Origin: an uncultured Actinomycetes bacterium
GTDB lineage: Bacteria; Actinomycetota; Thermoleophilia; Solirubrobacterales; 70-9
Length of the DNA: 64,000 bases
Assembly (NCBI GenBank): GCA_963708405.1
Contig: CAVPSL010000002.1
Location: 426,959 to 490,958 of the forward strand
Direction: 5' to 3'
Position numbers and translations under genes: made by a program. Below, in pieces: positions 62,790 to 64,000 of the stretch. The notes under the pieces are model-generated. The model searched no databases. It saw nothing but the letters and a program-made list of their open reading frames with translations, and had not been told where the DNA came from. Numbering within the stretch: position 1 is the stretch's first letter; each line of letters starts with the position of its first letter.

Positions 62790-63857
62790 TCAGGCTCCGA
62801 GGCTGAGCTGCAATTGCGGCTCGGCCTCGGTGGCTGGGGCGACCTCGTCTTGCTCGAAGCTGGCGACGCGGACGCCGAGCAGCCGCACCGGGCGCTGCGG
62901 GTCGTAGGCGCGCAGTAGCTCGAGCGCGATCGGGCCGACGACCGCGGGGTCGTTGGTCGGCTCCTCGACCATGTGCGAGCGGGTGACGTTGGTCCAGTCG
63001 TCGAGTCGGACCTTGATCCCGATCGAGCGACCTCCAGCTCGCGCTTGCGCAGGCGGCGGCAGAGCTCCTCGGACTGCTCAGCCAGGTGCCGCTCGAGCTT
63101 GGCGCGCTCAGCGCACGTCGACGTCGAAGGTCGTCTCCACCGACTGCGACTTGGTCTCCCGCTCGACCGTCACCGGCGTCTCGTCGAGGAGGCGGCCGCG
63201 GCTGTGCAGCCAGCCGCCGCTGCGGGGGCCGAAGGCGTCTTCCAGCACTTCGCGGCGGGGCGGGCCCGAGCTGGCGCAGCGTGTGGATCCCCATCCGCTC
63301 CAACTTCGCCACGGTCTTCGGGCCGATTCCCGGGACCAACCCCGGCGAGTCGCTACCGAAGCGCTCCAGCGCCTGCTCGCGTGAGAGCACGACGAGGCCG
63401 GCGGGCTTGCCGAGCTCGCTGGTGATCTTGGCCAGCATCCGGCTCTCGGAGATCCCGACCGAGCAGGTCAGCCCCGTCTGTTCGCGGATCTCCGCGGCGA
63501 TCCGCCGCATCGTCGCCTTCGGCGAGAAGATCCCAGTCAGGTCGAGGTAGGCCTCGTCGAGCCCGACCACCTCGACCGTCTCGGCGTTTCGCCGCAGCAC
63601 TTCCATCACCTGCGCCGAGGCCTCCCGGTAGGCGGGAAAGTCAGGCGGGACGTAGACCGCGTCCGGCAGCCGCCGCCGCGCCGTTGCCGCCGGCATCGCC
63701 GAGTGGATCCCGGCCAGCTCCGCGCCTCATAGCTGGCCGTAGTCACCACCGCCCGCGGCCCCGAACCGCAGACGACCACCGGCTTCCCCTTCAGCTCCGG
63801 ACGCCGCCGCAACTCGACGGACGCATAAAAGGCGTCCATGTCGAGATGGGCGATCAC
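62790..63857 (-). pseudogene. dinB: DNA polymerase IV, at least 4 frameshifts
   Basis: The N-terminus is [31 protein letters not shown]. Further segments lie in different minus-strand frames: [70 protein letters not shown], and GIKVRLDDWTNVTRSH...RLLGVRV. Confidence 0.85.
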
Positions 63858-63930
63858 ACGGGGGCCACTTCAACCGACACGGCCCAACGTTAGCCGGGGA
63901 GGCGGCGGATCGAACAGACGTTCAGCCATC

Positions 63931-63936
63931 TAGACT
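63931..63936 (+). promoter_or_regulatory. -10-like hexamer TAGACT exactly 7 nt upstream of ATG 63944
   Basis: The surrounding sequence (TCTAGACTGCCGGCGATGCCGG) closely resembles the tyrS start region (TCTAGCATTGCGCCGATGCCGG). Confidence 0.35.
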
Positions 63937-63943
63937 GCCGGCG

Positions 63944-64000
63944 ATGCCGGGGCCATGGTTTAACTGCGATTCCGCCGACGAGGCGTTCTTCGAGAGCGCG
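63944..64000 (+). CDS. Start of an unidentified ORF (MPGPWFNCDSADEAFFESA...), truncated by the window end
   Basis: Only 19 codons are visible. It is supported only by the promoter-like geometry upstream. Confidence 0.25.
   Translation, partial: MPGPWFNCDSADEAFFESA

Overview
Very GC-rich, core-chromosome window of actinobacterial type. The 16S sequence and gene content suggest a deep-branching Actinomycetota lineage such as Thermoleophilia or Rubrobacteria, but that is inference only. Order of content: a partial RTX repeat protein and an MFS exporter; a branched-chain amino-acid supercluster (leuA with a Leu-rich leader peptide, leuCD, a Tam-like methyltransferase, leuB, ilvE, cimA) interrupted by a DUF559 nuclease-like gene plus an XRE-cupin regulator and by a decapeptide-repeat surface protein; a DegT aminotransferase, argH, mpg, a class A PBP and tyrS; one complete rRNA operon (16S-23S-5S, no spacer tRNA); about 720 bp of hairpin-rich non-coding DNA; an alpha/beta hydrolase; murA; hisZGDBHAF; a cell-division tail cluster (pgeF-yggS-sepF-proC-yggT-lspA-rluD); rpsB-tsf-pyrH-frr-uppS-cdsA-dxr-rseP-ispG; proS, pgsA, a small RsiG-like coiled-coil protein, an FHA/zinc-ribbon protein, a MerR regulator, nadE, WS/DGAT, a c-di-AMP (ydaO-class) riboswitch ahead of an RlpA-like gene, and dinB. 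No tRNA, CRISPR array, transposase or recognisable defence system was seen. The most striking global feature is a dense patch of mostly +1 frameshifts in conserved genes at 11.1-19.3 kb, with isolated ones in leuC, leuD and the hydrolase and several in dinB. By contrast, about 36 kb (26.2-62.8 kb) reads cleanly. This looks more like consensus indel error than biology, but it needs read-level checking. Starts and frameshift positions were reasoned by eye and are approximate.
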